DNA of 64,000 bases, from the NCBI RefSeq assembly GCF_006345805.1, contig NC_043013.1, forward strand, positions 16,244,001-16,308,000, in the 5' to 3' direction. Of the stretch, positions 60,856 through 64,000 are shown piece by piece. The notes under the pieces were generated by a model. It saw nothing but the letters and a program-made list of their open reading frames with translations. It was not told the origin of the DNA and made no database searches. The stretch comes from Octopus sinensis. Lineage: Eukaryota. A program made the translations under genes and the position numbers. The first letter of the stretch is position 1, and each line of letters starts with the position of its first letter.

Positions 60856-62309
60856 CTGTCGTGTCTTACTCACTTACGTTCTGGTGTTTGCTAAAATTTT
60901 CTTAGTGCCCCCTCCCCCTACTACAACCCCACTCAGTCATGGGTCTTGTTTTTGTCCTACAAGTTACTTGATGACTTCATGAAAGAAGCATCCAGTACAC
61001 TGTAAAGTAGTTAGCATTGGGAAGGGCATCATGTCATAGAAAATCTACCTCAGTAAATTCCATCTGACCTGTGCAAGCAAAGAAATGTAGACATTCAAAT
61101 GATGACAACAATGACAGTGATGATGATGATGATGATGAATGGTTAATTTGATGCACACTCACACTGTCCCATCCTCTCCCTACATACTCATCTGTGTAAT
61201 TTGTAATAGTGGCTGTATGATAAGTAGCTTGCTTACCAACCACATGGTAACGGGTTCAGTCCCACTGCGTGGCACCTTGGGCAAGTGTCTTCTGCTATAG
61301 CCTCAGGCCGACCAAAGCCTAGTGAGTGAATTTGGTGGATGGAAACTGAAAGAAGCCTGTCGTATATATGTATATATATATATGTGTGTGTGTGTCTGTG
61401 TTTGTCCCCCCAGCATTGCTTGACAACCGATGCTGGTGTGTTTACGTCCCCGTAACTTAGTCGGCAAAAGAGACCGATAGAATAAGTACTAGGCTTCCAA
61501 AGAATAAGTCCTGGGATCGATTTGCTCGACTAAAGGCGGTGCTCCAGCATGGCCGCAGTCAAATGACTGAAACAAGTAAAAGAGTAAAAGAGACATGTCT
61601 GTGTTCTCATACATCATTTTGTGACACACCTGGACACCTTTACCTTTTTACTATCAAACCATCCAAGACTGCCCTTAATTCTAGGATACAAATTTGCTTT
61701 TCTAAAGCAATTTAGAATAAAATCTTCCATCAGACTTTCATATTAACTTACATTTCAAACACAAATTTAGTAAAGCTATTTAACTTGTTTCTTTGTTATT
61801 TTCAAAATTAATTGTAACGAAGTCAGTGCTTTCATCAGAAATATTGTAACAAAAAGGGTTAACAGTGATGTTTCCTGAAGTTGTTGGGTGTTTGGGGGAG
61901 GGGGTCTTTCAACAATCAGCCTCCCTCATCCAACATTAGTTGGAATGGAAAAGTGCATGTAAAATGCCAAGGATAATGAAGGTGTGTGTGTGTGGGTGTG
62001 AAGGTCAGTATGTGTGTGAGTGGGTGTGACTGTGTGGGGAGAATGCATGTGTGTGTGTGTATGGTTTGTGTGTGTGTGTGTGTGTGTATGTGAGAAAGAG
62101 AACAAGTGTGAATGTGTTTGTATGTTTGTGCAAGTGTGAGTGTGTGCATGTACGGGGTGTGTGAGTGTGTGTGTGTGCGTATGTGTGTATGTGAGAGAGA
62201 AAAAGAGAGTGAGTGGAGGTAGTGTACAAAATTCCTTAAAGTATAAGTTACACATTTTAAATAATCTAAAAATAAGTATGTGTGTGAATATATGTATGTG
62301 CGTATGTAC

Positions 62310-62349
<40 letters not shown>

Positions 62350-63291
62350 ATAACTGTATGCAGAGAGAGTAAATGGTTTATCCTTCACCAATTCCTGTTA
62401 TAAAACACATCCAATTATGTCTGGAGATGAAGGACAACATAATAAACATTCAAACCCTAAACTTTAAGAACTCTTACATTCTATCATTTCGGTGATAAGC
62501 ACCATTCTATTATTATATTCACCCTCAATAACTTCCAGATAAATTCTTCACCATTTGTTACTACGACCTTTCAGGAATAACCATCCCGAGAAGACAAGCT
62601 GTCAGTAGATCAGAGAACTTCCCCTGTTACGTAAACCATTGAATTAACTCTATTTTTATATATTTATTTGTATCGTTGATTCACTTACTTGTTTTATTTT
62701 TGGGATGTGTGTGTGTGTGTGTGTATTTGGTTTGCAAGATTCTTGATGTATGTTTGTTGAAACAAATTTTGTTGCGTCTTGTGAGAGTGATTGTGCCAAT
62801 AATAATAATAATAATGCACGCACAGAGAGGTTCAGTTCCACTTCTTTATTGTTAGTCAACTGGTTAACTATCTGACTAATTTGTTTTTGCATTTGGCTTG
62901 CAACATTCTTTATGTGAATTTGAGTGTTGAAGCAAATTTTATTGTATCTAGGCAGAATCACTATTCCAATATCAATGCATGCAATGCTTCAGTTCTACTC
63001 CTTTATTATTAGTCAATTAACTAATTGATTGTTTGTTTAACAAAGCAAACGACTTACTGGGATCAATATGTTCATCTAAACCCTTCAATCGATTAGTTAG
63101 TTGGAGATTTAACCAACTGAATGATAATAATGGAGTGGTATTGAACCAGTGCATGTCTTCACAATATTGCCTTAATGTCTCTCCTTAGGCACAGCAACTA
63201 ATTAAATGATCATTTGTTTAATGAGCTGGTTAATAAATCAATTGGTTGTTTATTAGTTAAAGTTCTTTCAATGCTGTTCACGAATTTGTAT

Positions 63292-63330
<39 letters not shown>

Positions 63331-64000
63331 CATCATCATCATATATATATAATGAAAATAATAATAATAATAATATGAGGGAATATTATTCCAAACTTAC
63401 AGGGAAAAATTCAATTTAGAAATACTAAATCAAATTTCACAAAATAAAATATATATATATAAATTAGAAAAAAAAACACCTTTTATCAATTCAATTATGA
63501 AAAATTAAATTATACCATTTAGAAAAATTACATCTTATAGAAAGATTAAATATAAGATAAAACATATAACAATGATTAAGTAATGTGCAAAATAGTAAAT
63601 AAAACGTGTTTCATTGGACTGCAGCCATGCTGGGGCACTGCCTTGAAGGGTTTAGATGAAGATGTTGACCACAGTACTAATTTTTTTCTTTTTTTAAGCC
63701 TGATATATATTTTATTGGTCTTTCTTGCCAAAGTGTTAAATTATGCAGATGTCAACAAACCAACTCTGGTTGTCAAGTGGTGATGGGAGACAAACACAAA
63801 GACAGACAGAGACACATGCTTATATTTATATACACTCACACATACATACACAATGGTTTTTTTTTCAGTTTCTATCTATCAAATCCACGCAAGACCTTGG
63901 TTGACCCAGGGTTATAGTTGGAGACACTTGCCCAAGGGGTCACACAGTGGAACTGAACACAGAACTATGTGGTTAGGAGCAAACTTCTTTCCACACAGCC

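Overview
Eukaryotic, AT-rich, microsatellite- and transposon-dense genomic DNA. The SINE/RTE repeat repertoire suggests an octopod cephalopod (inference). Two spliced genes point away from each other. On the minus strand is a mitochondrial-type serine hydroxymethyltransferase (SHMT2-like). Ten of its coding exons were assembled by hand between 29353 and 1575: all introns are GT-AG, the phases are consistent, 1276 nt of coding sequence is present, and the last exons lie left of the window. On the plus strand is the first coding exon of an alanine aminotransferase (GPT2-like, 49492-49728); no further exon was found in the window. The ~20 kb between the two start codons is a transposon pile-up: four decayed mariners, a truncated CR1-like LINE, a near-intact RTE LINE whose three C2H2 zinc fingers are cut off by one stop codon, an internally deleted relative of it, hAT and foldback MITEs and tRNA-derived SINEs. 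The best leads are a candidate upstream first exon that could give a cytosolic SHMT isoform, the (TATG)n-punctuated tandem of RTE elements, SINE dimers mobilised as a unit, and long inverted repeats that could form ADAR or back-splicing substrates. No prokaryotic-type system, CRISPR array, rRNA or true tRNA was found. Repeat coordinates are approximate unless TSDs/TIRs are quoted.
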